Assembly (NCBI RefSeq): GCF_035285525.1
Contig: NZ_JAYKGW010000006.1
Span: 28,357 to 60,356, forward strand
Origin: Okeania sp.
Lineage (GTDB): Bacteria > Cyanobacteriota > Cyanobacteriia > Cyanobacteriales > Microcoleaceae
Direction of reading: 5' to 3'
DNA length: 32,000 bases
The notes under the pieces were generated by a model. It searched no databases. It was not told the origin of the DNA and saw only the letters and a program-made list of their open reading frames with translations. Below are positions 18,463-27,300 of the stretch, one piece after another. Positions within the stretch are counted from its first letter, which is position 1; each line of letters begins with the position of its first letter. The translations under genes were made by a program, and so were the position numbers.

Positions 18463-18992
18463 ACAAAAAATGTACTTAAAACGAGTAATCGTCTTTAATT
18501 TCCTAAAGTATTAGGAAGGATACTTTGGAGGCTAATTAACCGAGAACCAAAATATCTCAAATATTTGGACATTGTTGCGTCCCTTCTACACAAAATGTGT
18601 AAAGTTGGCCTCGCCCGGTTATTTTGGCTTGTTAGGTCTGACACACTGGTTTTTCAAATCTATTTACCTGTTTAATGCCGAACAACAGAGCTGGGAACTG
18701 GCCGCGCATCCCTAGGTGTTATGACCAAAATAACGTTTACTTAAAAAAAGTGGGCTGGACTAACCATTTAAGCGACTTGAGCGCTTTGGTTAGATTTGTG
18801 GTTAGTCTTGCTCTGATGAAAAAATTGGTTTTATTAAGCAAGTTAACATAAGTATATATAGGTTTAAGAATTTTTGCAATTTCTAGTCCATCCCTAATCT
18901 TAAAATTTATCTAAAGTAAGGTTTAGATTTTAGACTTTCATTACCATAATTTAAAAAATTTGAAAATTAAAAATTAATCGCACAAAGAATTT

Positions 18993-19556
18993 ATGACTAC
19001 TCAAGCTTCTATAGTCGATCGCTTACTACATCAACCAATTATTGGGTCTCGTCGTCTGAGTAATTACTTTTGGGCCACAGTAGTTAGCATGGGAGGTATT
19101 GGTTTCCTCTTATCAGGAATTTCTAGTTATCTCAAGGTTAATCTACTATTTGTGGCCGATCCTAGCCAACTCAATTTCTTACCCCAGGGAATAGCTATGG
19201 GATTTTATGGCCTAATTGGTACAGTCTATGGCATTTTTTTATGGTTAACTATTATTTGGGACATTGGCGGTGGCTATAATGAATTTAACCAAGACAAAGG
19301 CCAGATTATGATTTTTCGTTGGGGATTTCCTGGCAAGAATCGTAAAGTAGAGTTTAGCTGTCCTACGAAAAATGTCCAATCAATTAAGGTTGATATTAAA
19401 GAAGGTCTTAATCCTCGTAGAGCTATATATCTCCGCCTCAAAGATAATCGCCAAATACCTCTTACCCGTGTAGGTCAGCCATTGGCCTTGTCTGAATTGG
19501 AAAATGAAGCGGCTCAACTGGCAAAGTTTCTGCAAGTTCCTTTGGAAGGACTATGA
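18993..19556 (+). CDS. ycf4: Photosystem I assembly protein Ycf4
   Basis: The 187-aa ORF has [26 protein letters not shown] and [10 protein letters not shown], with two N-terminal TM helices. This is the characteristic Ycf4 layout. Confidence 0.9.
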   Translation: MTTQASIVDRLLHQPIIGSRRLSNYFWATVVSMGGIGFLLSGISSYLKVNLLFVADPSQLNFLPQGIAMGFYGLIGTVYGIFLWLTIIWDIGGGYNEFNQDKGQIMIFRWGFPGKNRKVEFSCPTKNVQSIKVDIKEGLNPRRAIYLRLKDNRQIPLTRVGQPLALSELENEAAQLAKFLQVPLEGL

Positions 19557-19716
19557 GAATGAATAATGAATAATTGATAATGGATAATTCTACTAGACAG
19601 TAAAAAGTGCTTCGCGCCGTCTTTCATGTCGGTTCTTAGCCATTTTGCTTTTCGTTGCGCGACATGAAACGCAACATGAAAAGCAGATCTTTGCGAAGCG
19701 CAAAAACACACCCGAC

Positions 19717-19864
19717 TGGACTGTTTCACCTAAAGTAGTGCATGATTATTCGTCTTTTCATATCGCTACGCGATATGAAAAGAAAGCTCAGCTTTGCGAT
19801 AGTGAACTACACTGAAGCAATCTCCAGAGACTTTTCTATTGCTTAAATAAGATGAAACAATCCA
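19717..19864. mobile_element. MITE family B (TIR TGGACTGTTTCAYCTAAA), copy B1
   Basis: The left end is TGGACTGTTTCACCTAAAG and the right end is TAAGATGAAACAATCCA. Confidence 0.65.
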
Positions 19865-19906
19865 CTACCATTAGTTGTTGGGTTGAGGCACGAAACCCAA
19901 CCTACA

Positions 19907-20223
19907 GGACTGTTTCATCTAAAATGCTGTAATAGTAGGGGTGGGTTTGATCAGCAATTTTCATGCTTACTCTAAGATTTACATAAACCCGCCCCGTTAG
20001 AGGGTGGCTTAGATTATAAGGGGGCGGGTTTATCTGACTTACTGCGTGAAAACTCGTTGTGCGGACGTTGCCCCGGCAAAAATGCGTTTCATGTCGCGCA
20101 GCTTTATCGCATAGGGACTGCTACGCTTTCCATGTCCGCTCAAGGGCGGAAAACGTCCCTACGGTCAAACCCACTCCTACTGATCCTGATTCCCTAATGC
20201 ACACTCATTAGATGAAACAGTCC
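19907..20223. mobile_element. MITE family B copy B2 (~317 bp) with a nested GC-rich module
   Basis: The left end is GGACTGTTTCATCTAAAATG and the right end is CATTAGATGAAACAGTCC. The interior matches 21325-21563 in the opposite orientation. It has an internal hairpin ATAAACCCGCCCC...GGGGCGGGTTTAT. An extra ~90-nt module lies at about 20060-20155. Confidence 0.7.
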
Positions 20224-20228
20224 AATAC

Positions 20229-20378
20229 GCCTAAATAATTTGTGAAAAACTGTAGAGGTTTGGTCTCCAAACTCATCAAGTAAAACTCAACAAAACCTTG
20301 CTAATATTTGGTTTCGTTCCTCAACCCAACCTATGCCTAAATAATTTGTGAAAAATTGTAGGGATTTGGAGACCAAAC
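20229..20378. repeat. Two direct copies of a ~44-nt unit ending in a small palindrome
   Basis: The unit is GCCTAAATAATTTGTGAAAAA(C/T)TGTAG.G.TTTGG(TCT/AGA)CCAAAC, at 20229-20272 and 20335-20378. A related fragment lies at 23826-23845. Confidence 0.75.
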
Positions 20379-20462
20379 CCCTAGGAGAAAATGTTACAAC
20401 CTACTAGATTTAGGATTACTGTATATTTAGATTTTAGAATCAAAATTAAATTTTTAGTGAAA

Positions 20463-21209
20463 ATGAGAAGAAAAATCAGCCAATGGTTATTGCTGCTATT
20501 CGTAGTTGCAATTTTTTTCGTGACAGGATGTACTGCTACCTCAACTCCTAATGCAGCAGTTTCTACCCCAACTCCATCAAGTCAAACACAGTTAGCTGCC
20601 AAATATAGTTACTTACCTAAACTTGATGGTAAAGCAACATTAGAAATGACTGTTAATGGTTCTCCTATAACAATAGAAGTAGATGGTACTAATGCACCTA
20701 TTACAGCAGGTAATTTTGTGGACTTAGCGCAAAAAGGGGTTTATGATGGGTTAGCATTTCACCGGGTAGTCCGTGAACCTCAACCTTTTGTGGTTCAAGG
20801 TGGCGACCCTCAAAGTAAAAACCTAAATGTTCCTATAAAGAATTTAGGTACAGGAGGTTTTATCGATCCACAAACTTCTACGGAACGTTATATTCCTCTG
20901 GAAATTAAACCTCAAGAAGCTACTGAACCAGTTTATAGCAAAACTTTTGAAAGTGCTGGTATTCAGCAGCCACCTATTTTATCTCATACAAGAGGTGCTG
21001 TGGCAATGGCTCGCTCTCAACCACCTGATTCTGCTTCTTCCCAATTTTATTTTGCTTTAACTGACCTTCCTTTCCTAAATGGTAACTATGCCGTATTCGG
21101 GTATGTTACTCAAGGAATGAAAGAAGTTGTTGATAATATTCAGGCAGGCGATCGCATTGAGTCAGTTAAGGTAATCGAAGGTCTGGAAAATTTAACTATA
21201 CCTAATTAA
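20463..21209 (+). CDS. Cyclophilin-type peptidyl-prolyl cis-trans isomerase, probable lipoprotein
   Basis: The cyclophilin core has FHRVV..F.VQGGDP, GAVAMAR, SQFYFAL and YAVFGYV. I prefer the start MRRKISQWLLLLFVVAIFFVTGC (signal peptide plus lipobox Cys) at 20463 over the track start at 20391, which lies in repeat DNA. Confidence 0.85.
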   Translation: MRRKISQWLLLLFVVAIFFVTGCTATSTPNAAVSTPTPSSQTQLAAKYSYLPKLDGKATLEMTVNGSPITIEVDGTNAPITAGNFVDLAQKGVYDGLAFHRVVREPQPFVVQGGDPQSKNLNVPIKNLGTGGFIDPQTSTERYIPLEIKPQEATEPVYSKTFESAGIQQPPILSHTRGAVAMARSQPPDSASSQFYFALTDLPFLNGNYAVFGYVTQGMKEVVDNIQAGDRIESVKVIEGLENLTIPN

Positions 21210-21218
21210 AATTCAAAA

Positions 21219-21239
21219 GTAAGAAGTAAGAAGTAAGAA
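21219..21239. repeat. Heptamer GTAAGAA x3 tandem tract
   Basis: There are perfect copies at 21219, 21226 and 21233, 10 nt after the PPIase stop. Confidence 0.85.
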
Positions 21240-21324
21240 GGGTAAGCTTCTTGGAATTAAAATTCAAAATTCAAAAGTAAGAGTTGTTTTTCTTTAGGAC
21301 TAAAGTCATAAACGTTATTAGTAG

Positions 21325-21563
21325 TGGACTGTTTCATCTAAAACTTTGCATTAGGAAGGCAGCGTAGAGCCGGGTTTTACCGTAGGGACGTTGCATAAGG
21401 GCGTCCTTACAACGAGTTTTCGTAAGTAAGTTAGCTAAACTCGCCCCTAATGATATAGCCAACTATCCTAGAGGGGCGGGTTTATATAAATCTCGGAGTA
21501 ACCATGAAAATTCTGGCTAAAACCCGCCCCTACCCTTTGTACTATTTTAGGTGAAACAATCCA
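21325..21563. mobile_element. MITE family B copy B3
   Basis: The left end is TGGACTGTTTCATCTAAAAC and the right end is TTTTAGGTGAAACAATCCA. It is inserted into a family A fragment (AGGACTAAAGTCATAAACGTTATTAGTAG at 21297-21324). Confidence 0.7.
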
Positions 21564-21567
21564 GTAG

Positions 21568-21684
21568 TTGACTGTTTTATCTAAAACTGTGCAGAGCGAT
21601 TTTCTCTCTAGGCTCTTTGTTTTCCTTGTCTTCCCTGTCTAGACACAGCCAAAAAGCAATGCACCATTTAAGGTGAAACAATCC
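21568..21684. mobile_element. MITE family B copy B4
   Basis: The left end is TTGACTGTTTTATCTAAAAC and the right end is TTAAGGTGAAACAATCCA. It lies directly adjacent to B3. Confidence 0.6.
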
Positions 21685-21691
21685 AATTTTC

Positions 21692-21726
21692 TATTCCCTA
21701 TTCCCTGTTCCCTATTCCCTATTCCC
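21692..21726. repeat. Heptamer (A/G)TTCCCT x5 tandem tract abutting the ketoacyl synthase start
   Basis: There are five contiguous units. The tract ends 10 nt upstream of the GTG at 21737. Confidence 0.9.
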
Positions 21727-21736
21727 TAATTTAACT

Positions 21737-22897
21737 GTGAAAGTTGTTGTTACGGGTATTGGTCTGACTTCTGCTTTGGGAAACCTCTATCAAAGTTGGG
21801 AAAAGTTACTTAAGGGCAAGTCTGCTATTAAGTTTCATCAACCTTTTGCGGAACTACCTCCCCTACCTTTGGGTATAATTAATTCTCAACCTGTTGATTT
21901 AACTAGGTTAACTAAACAAGTTGTAGAAACTGCCGTCAAATCTTCGGGTTTGACACTTCCACTTTCTGAATGTGGTGTAGTTGTATGTTCTAGTCGTGCC
22001 TATCAAGGAATGCTAGAAAGATTTGCCAAAAAGCAGCTTAGTCTAAATTATCAGCTTGAAAATCTGGAAAAAGATCATAGCTCATTTATTAATCTGTTGC
22101 CTCATCAACCTGCTATTTTTGCTGCTAGTCAGCTTGGTACAAAAGGACTTGTTCTAGCTCCCATGGCTGCTTGTGCGACAGGAATATGGGCGATCGCTCA
22201 AGCTGTAGATTTGATTGAAACTGGTCAATATCAACAAGTTATTGCGGGTGCTGTCGAATCTCCCATTACACCTCTAACTATAGCAGGATTTAGAAAAATG
22301 GGAGCTTTGGCTCAAACAGGTGCTTATCCTTTTGACCGCAGTCGAGAGGGATTGGTTTTGGGGGAAGGTGGCTCTATTTTGGTATTAGAGTCTGCTGAGT
22401 TTGCAAGGCAAAGAGGGGCTAAAATTTATGGGCAAATTCGGGGTTTTGGTTTGACAAATGATGCAAATCATGGTATTGCACCAGACTTAGGTGGTAAAAG
22501 TGCAATGTTAGCGATCGCTCAATGTTTAGCTAGAAGTGGTTTATCTGCTGAAGATATTGACTATATTCATGCTCACGGAACAGCAACTCAGTTAAATGAT
22601 CGCCACGAAGCTAATTTAATTCAGCAAATTTTTCCCCAGAAAGTGGCAGTTAGTTCTAGCAAGGGAGCTACTGGTCATACATTAGGAGCATCTGGAGCAT
22701 TGGGAGTAGCATTTTGTTTGATGGCGATCGAACATCAAATTTTACCTCCCTGTGTGGGATTAAATGAGACAGAATTTGATTTAGACTTGGTGAGGTATGG
22801 TCGTGAATCTCAGGTGAAAAATGTTTTATGTTTGAGTTTTGGGTTTGGGGGGCAAAATGCAGCTTTAGTCATAAGTAGGGTCAGTGGTCTTCTGTGA
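21737..22897 (+). CDS. Beta-ketoacyl-ACP synthase family protein (FabF-like paralog)
   Basis: The 386-aa ORF has a GTG start. The thiolase-fold KAS catalytic set is present: AACATG (Cys), HAHGTAT (His), SSSKGATGHTLGASG (Lys/His) and a C-terminal FGFGGQN. It is shorter and more divergent at the N-terminus than canonical FabF. Confidence 0.85.
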   Translation: MKVVVTGIGLTSALGNLYQSWEKLLKGKSAIKFHQPFAELPPLPLGIINSQPVDLTRLTKQVVETAVKSSGLTLPLSECGVVVCSSRAYQGMLERFAKKQLSLNYQLENLEKDHSSFINLLPHQPAIFAASQLGTKGLVLAPMAACATGIWAIAQAVDLIETGQYQQVIAGAVESPITPLTIAGFRKMGALAQTGAYPFDRSREGLVLGEGGSILVLESAEFARQRGAKIYGQIRGFGLTNDANHGIAPDLGGKSAMLAIAQCLARSGLSAEDIDYIHAHGTATQLNDRHEANLIQQIFPQKVAVSSSKGATGHTLGASGALGVAFCLMAIEHQILPPCVGLNETEFDLDLVRYGRESQVKNVLCLSFGFGGQNAALVISRVSGLL

Positions 22898-23070
22898 GAC
22901 AGGAAGCTAGCTCATAAGCTCATGCAATTCCGGCATGGGTAAGTTTGAGTAAGTTTAGTAGAACGGTTACTATGGCATAAAGATCAAGGAACAATTATGC
23001 CTCCGATTTTCTTTATTTTTCCACACTTGCCACCCCTCCCACACTTTGCTTTTTTCAGCCAATCCTAATT

Positions 23071-23250
23071 AGCGCTTGCTGATTAAATCTCAAAATACTG
23101 ATATATAAAGGTATTGACCTTTTTATGTCGGGCTAAAAATCAAAGGAGGATTATTCTATACGGACGTTGCATAAGGGCGTTCTTACTCCTCTATAGTCCC
23201 CATTCCTTCTGGATTCACTGATTCTGGATTCTGACTCCTATTCTTAACCA
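23071..23250. mobile_element. Family D-related element copy D3, truncated at its right end
   Basis: The left end AGCGCTTGCTGATTAAATCTCAAAATACTGATATATAAAGG matches the left end of 30326-30595. It contains the small hairpin module at 23161-23182 and CTGGATTC heptamer-like tracts. The right terminus is missing. Confidence 0.55.
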
Positions 23251-23264
23251 CTCATACTTTTGAC

Positions 23265-23666
23265 CTAATTACCACCAAAAGTAGGGGTTGAGTTAGAAGC
23301 AGGAGCTGTGAAAACAGATTGATCGTAAGGATTAATCAGATCGGGAGTCCGAATAACTGGGGTACTAGAAAATTGTCGCCTTTGTTCTCTTATGTACAAC
23401 CTGTTAAGTCGGCTATTATCACTTTCAATAGCTTGTTCTGGATACTTAGGAATACCTAAAAAACGACCTACCTGATGGAAAATACTTCTATTCCTCAAAA
23501 AGTTACCAGAACTTCTTTGACTTGCTTTGTTAAACTCTTCTGCAAAAGGTTGATATGTACCAGCAGAATCTTCTGGGTGTCCTCCTTGAGCAACCTGGAT
23601 AGATGTTAGGGTTGCGATCGCAGAAAAAAGAATCGTACCACTGAAACTTTTCCAATTAATGGCCAT
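23265..23666 (-). CDS. Hypothetical small secreted protein
   Basis: The 133-aa ORF has an N-terminal signal-like segment, GTILFSAIATLTSIQVAQG. I recognise no family. Confidence 0.5.
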   Translation of the reverse strand: MAINWKSFSGTILFSAIATLTSIQVAQGGHPEDSAGTYQPFAEEFNKASQRSSGNFLRNRSIFHQVGRFLGIPKYPEQAIESDNSRLNRLYIREQRRQFSSTPVIRTPDLINPYDQSVFTAPASNSTPTFGGN

Positions 23667-24178
23667 AAATTTTAACTTATTGAGATTATTACTGCTGAAT
23701 TACTCGTATTATAGCAGCCAGATTCTCAAGATCGGGAATTCAAGAATAAGGTATGGCTGATCATAATGACAAACAGCTCAAAGGATACAAATTATACCAA
23801 ATCCGGTAGTATCCGTAGAATTTAAGACTGTAGGGGTTTGGTCTCGAATTTTTCGGGAACCTTACCCTCGACAAGCTAGCATTTTTCTCTCTTTTCTGAT
23901 GGTAGAACCTTATTTTCCAAAGCCAAAGGATTTGATATTAATGAAAACTGCAAAGAGACTGATTTATTTTAGGGGATGGGGGGATGGTGAATACAAGGCT
24001 CTAATTCTAGCTTTTTTCCTATTTCCCCTCCACAGTCGGGGTTAGGGGTGGGTTGACTCCTGACTTACTTCTTTGGCAAAAAACCACACCTTTCTTTGTA
24101 AAGATACGGTTAGGGGTTATATACAAAATATTATGACCATAAATGTTACAGCCTTCTTTCAGGCTACTAAACTTGGTA

Positions 24179-24209
24179 ATATCAAATCCGGTAGTATCGG
24201 ATTTGATAT
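24179..24209. repeat. Perfect 12-bp stem / 7-nt loop hairpin upstream of the STAND gene
   Basis: The sequence is ATATCAAATCCG-GTAGTAT-CGGATTTGATAT. A partial copy, AAATCCGGTAGTATCCG, lies at 23798-23815. Confidence 0.8.
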
Positions 24210-24384
24210 AATCTCTCTTCTAAACCGGACTTAGTATAAAGCCTTATTCTAAGATAACCAGGAACTTGAGCAAAAATACTATACTGACTTCTCTTCAGTA
24301 AGGGGGGACAAATAATTGAAGACCTCAAAGACAATATTGCTCAGTGGTTCCCTGACGAATCCACCTGATAATTGATAACTGAAA

Positions 24385-27300
24385 ATGCCAGAAGATTTTA
24401 ATCAAAATTCAGAATTATTGTCCGAGCTAATATTTGCTCTGGAAATGTCTCAAGGAGAGTTTCGGCTATTTTTAGCCCGTAGTAATACTCTAACTCAGCG
24501 CGATCGCATCATGGAAAAACTCAAAACATCTTTCGATGGAAACCTAGCAGAGTTGGAGTTAGATGAGTCAGTGGAAGAACTTTATACCACTATCGAGCAA
24601 CATTTAGAAGGAAAACAACCAGATGCTTTAATGGTATTTGGTTTAGAATTTGTCAGTAATATCGATCAACTACTGGTTTCAATGGGTTTAGTACGGGAGG
24701 AGTTTAGAGATAATTTTCATTTCCCAATACTTTTATGGATAGATGTCAAGATTTCTCAAAAGTTTATTCAGTTAATTCCTGATTTTGAAAGTTGGACAAG
24801 CCTTACTGTATTTGAAACTCCCACTCAAGAATTAATAGATTTTATTCAACAAATAAGTGATCGTGTTTATCACAAACTATTAGAGCATGGGGCAGGAATA
24901 TTTTTAGACAATACTGCTTTAGGTGTGGGAGAATTTGTTGATCAAGAACTTTTAGATGCGCAGCAAGAATTATCAAAGAGAGGAGTTAAGTTAGAACCAG
25001 AATTAGAAGCGGGTTTAAAATTTGTTTTAGGTAGAACAGCAGATAATTCTAGTGAAAAATCATTTGAGATATTATTAGAGTATTATAACCGCAGTCTCGA
25101 ACTCTGGCAACAACTTAACAATTTAGTACGAGTAGCTCACACTTATTATTATCTGGGGTTATTATGGTGTAGTTATCAATTTTGCTATCGGGTAGACAAA
25201 GATGATATAGGTTGTTATCGAGCTGCTTCATATTATCAAAAGTCGGTAGAAACTTTTGAGAAAGCTAACCGTCCTGACTTAGCAGCCAAATTTATCAATT
25301 CTTGGGGAGAACTTTTACAGATATTGAAAAATTGGGATAAGTTAGAAACTGTGGCCTGCAAAGCCATAAAATTACATCAAACCTATTGTTATCCATTTCG
25401 AGAAGCTCGTGCTTATGGTTTTCTAGCTGAAATTGAACTGACTAAAAATCACTATAAACAAGCCAAAAAATTTGCTCAAAAAGCTCTAAAAATTCTTACC
25501 AATGCCCTAGCTAATAATTCTAATTGTACTTCAATAAAAGAAGAACTTAATCTAGATTGGCAGTTTTCTCATTATCAGGGTAAATATTTATTTGCTCTAG
25601 GAAAATCTGAAAAAGGTTTAGGTGAAACCAAAGGTTCTATAGCCAGATTAGAACAAGCAATATATACGACAAAACCTGAATATAATCCAGAGTTTTACAT
25701 TAATATTCTCATAGAATTAAGAGAAATATATTATCAACAAAAAGAATATTTAAAGGCTTTTAAAATTAAGCAAGAGCAACTTAAAATAGAACAACAATTT
25801 GGATTTCAAGCTTTTATCGGTGCCAATCGCTTGAGAGATACCAAACTAAATATTAATCCTACTTTACCTCAGTTGCAGCTAGGAACTAATCAAAAACAAA
25901 TGATTAGAGAAATATCTGCATCTGGACGACAGTTTGATGTAGAAATATTACTAGAAAGAATTAGTCGCCCTGACTACAAATTAATAGTTATTCATGGGCA
26001 ATCAGGAGTAGGTAAAAGTTCAATTTTGCAGGCTGGATTAGTTCCCATTTTAAAGGAAAAGTCAATTGATACCCGTGATGTAGTAGTGGTTTTGCAGCAA
26101 GTTTATGTTAATTGGATTTCTGAACTGGGAAAAATTTTACAGAAAGAAGTACAAAGAATTGGAAATTTAGCTGATAATTATGAGAATCTAAACTTAGCTG
26201 AGGAAATTTTTACTCAGTTAGAACATAATGCTAAAGAGAATTTTTTAACTGTAATAATTTTTGACCAATTTGAGGAATTTTTCTTTGCTAATTTTGAACA
26301 AAAACAGAAACAAGAATTTGCTTTTTTTCTGGGAAAATGTTTAAAAATTCCCTTTCTGAAAATAGTTTTATCCCTACGGTCAGATTATATTCATTATTTA
26401 TTAGATTTTAATCATTTGGCTAATTTAGAAACAATTAATAATGATATTTTAAGTGAAAATATACTTTATTGTTTAGGGAATTTTTCTAAATCACAAGCAA
26501 AATCAGTTATTCAAGGATTAACACAAAATTCTCAGTTTAAAATAGATAATAATCTGATAGAAATGTTAGTTGAAGACTTGGCAGAAGAGTTGGGAGAAAT
26601 TCGTCCAATAGAATTGCAAGTAATGGGAGCGCAATTACAGAGAGAAAATATTACGACTTTGGCAAAATATCAAGAATTAGGAGACGATCCTAAAGGAGAA
26701 TTGGTAGACCGATATTTAGAATCAGTAGTAGAAGACTGTGGACGAGAGAATGAAAAATTAGCTTGGTTAGTCTTAGTATTGTTAACTGATGAAAATAATA
26801 CTCGTCCCCTAAAAACTAAAGCAGAATTGGAGAAAGAAAGCAATTTTAGTGTCAAAAAGTTAAATTTAGTATTAAAGATTTTTGTAGATTCTGGTTTAGT
26901 ATTTTTGTCGCGACAAAACCCAGAAGACCAATATCAGTTAGTACATGATTATTTGGTAAAATTTATTCGGCAAAGGAAAGAAGTAGAAATATTAGAGGAA
27001 CTAAAACAGGAACGGGAAAAACGACAAGAATTACAGAAACGGATGGTTGTAAGTTCAGTTTTTGCTGCATTAGTAATGGCAGTATTGTCAGTGGGAATGG
27101 CAATTTTTGGTTTCGATGCTAAATTTGAAAGAAGACTCGCAGAGAACCAAACTATTCAAGCTCAAGCAAATGAAGCTAAGGCACATTCTCTTTTGGGTCA
27201 GCGTTTGGATGAAATTATGAGTGCAATGAGAGCGAGGCAAAAACAAATAGATAATAGTTTTCAATTAAAGAATGAAACTAGCATTATTACAGATGTTTTA

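Noticed and set aside
18448-18992. A psbD remnant upstream of psbC
   Set aside because: No frame gives D2-like sequence, such as the C-terminal ..LPRGNAL region. The absence is reported as a finding rather than as a pseudogene.
20391-20462. The upstream start of the PPIase ORF given in the ORF track
   Set aside because: The extension MLQPTRFRITVYLDFRIKIKFLVK lies in repeat DNA. The ATG at 20463 gives a standard signal peptide with a lipobox.
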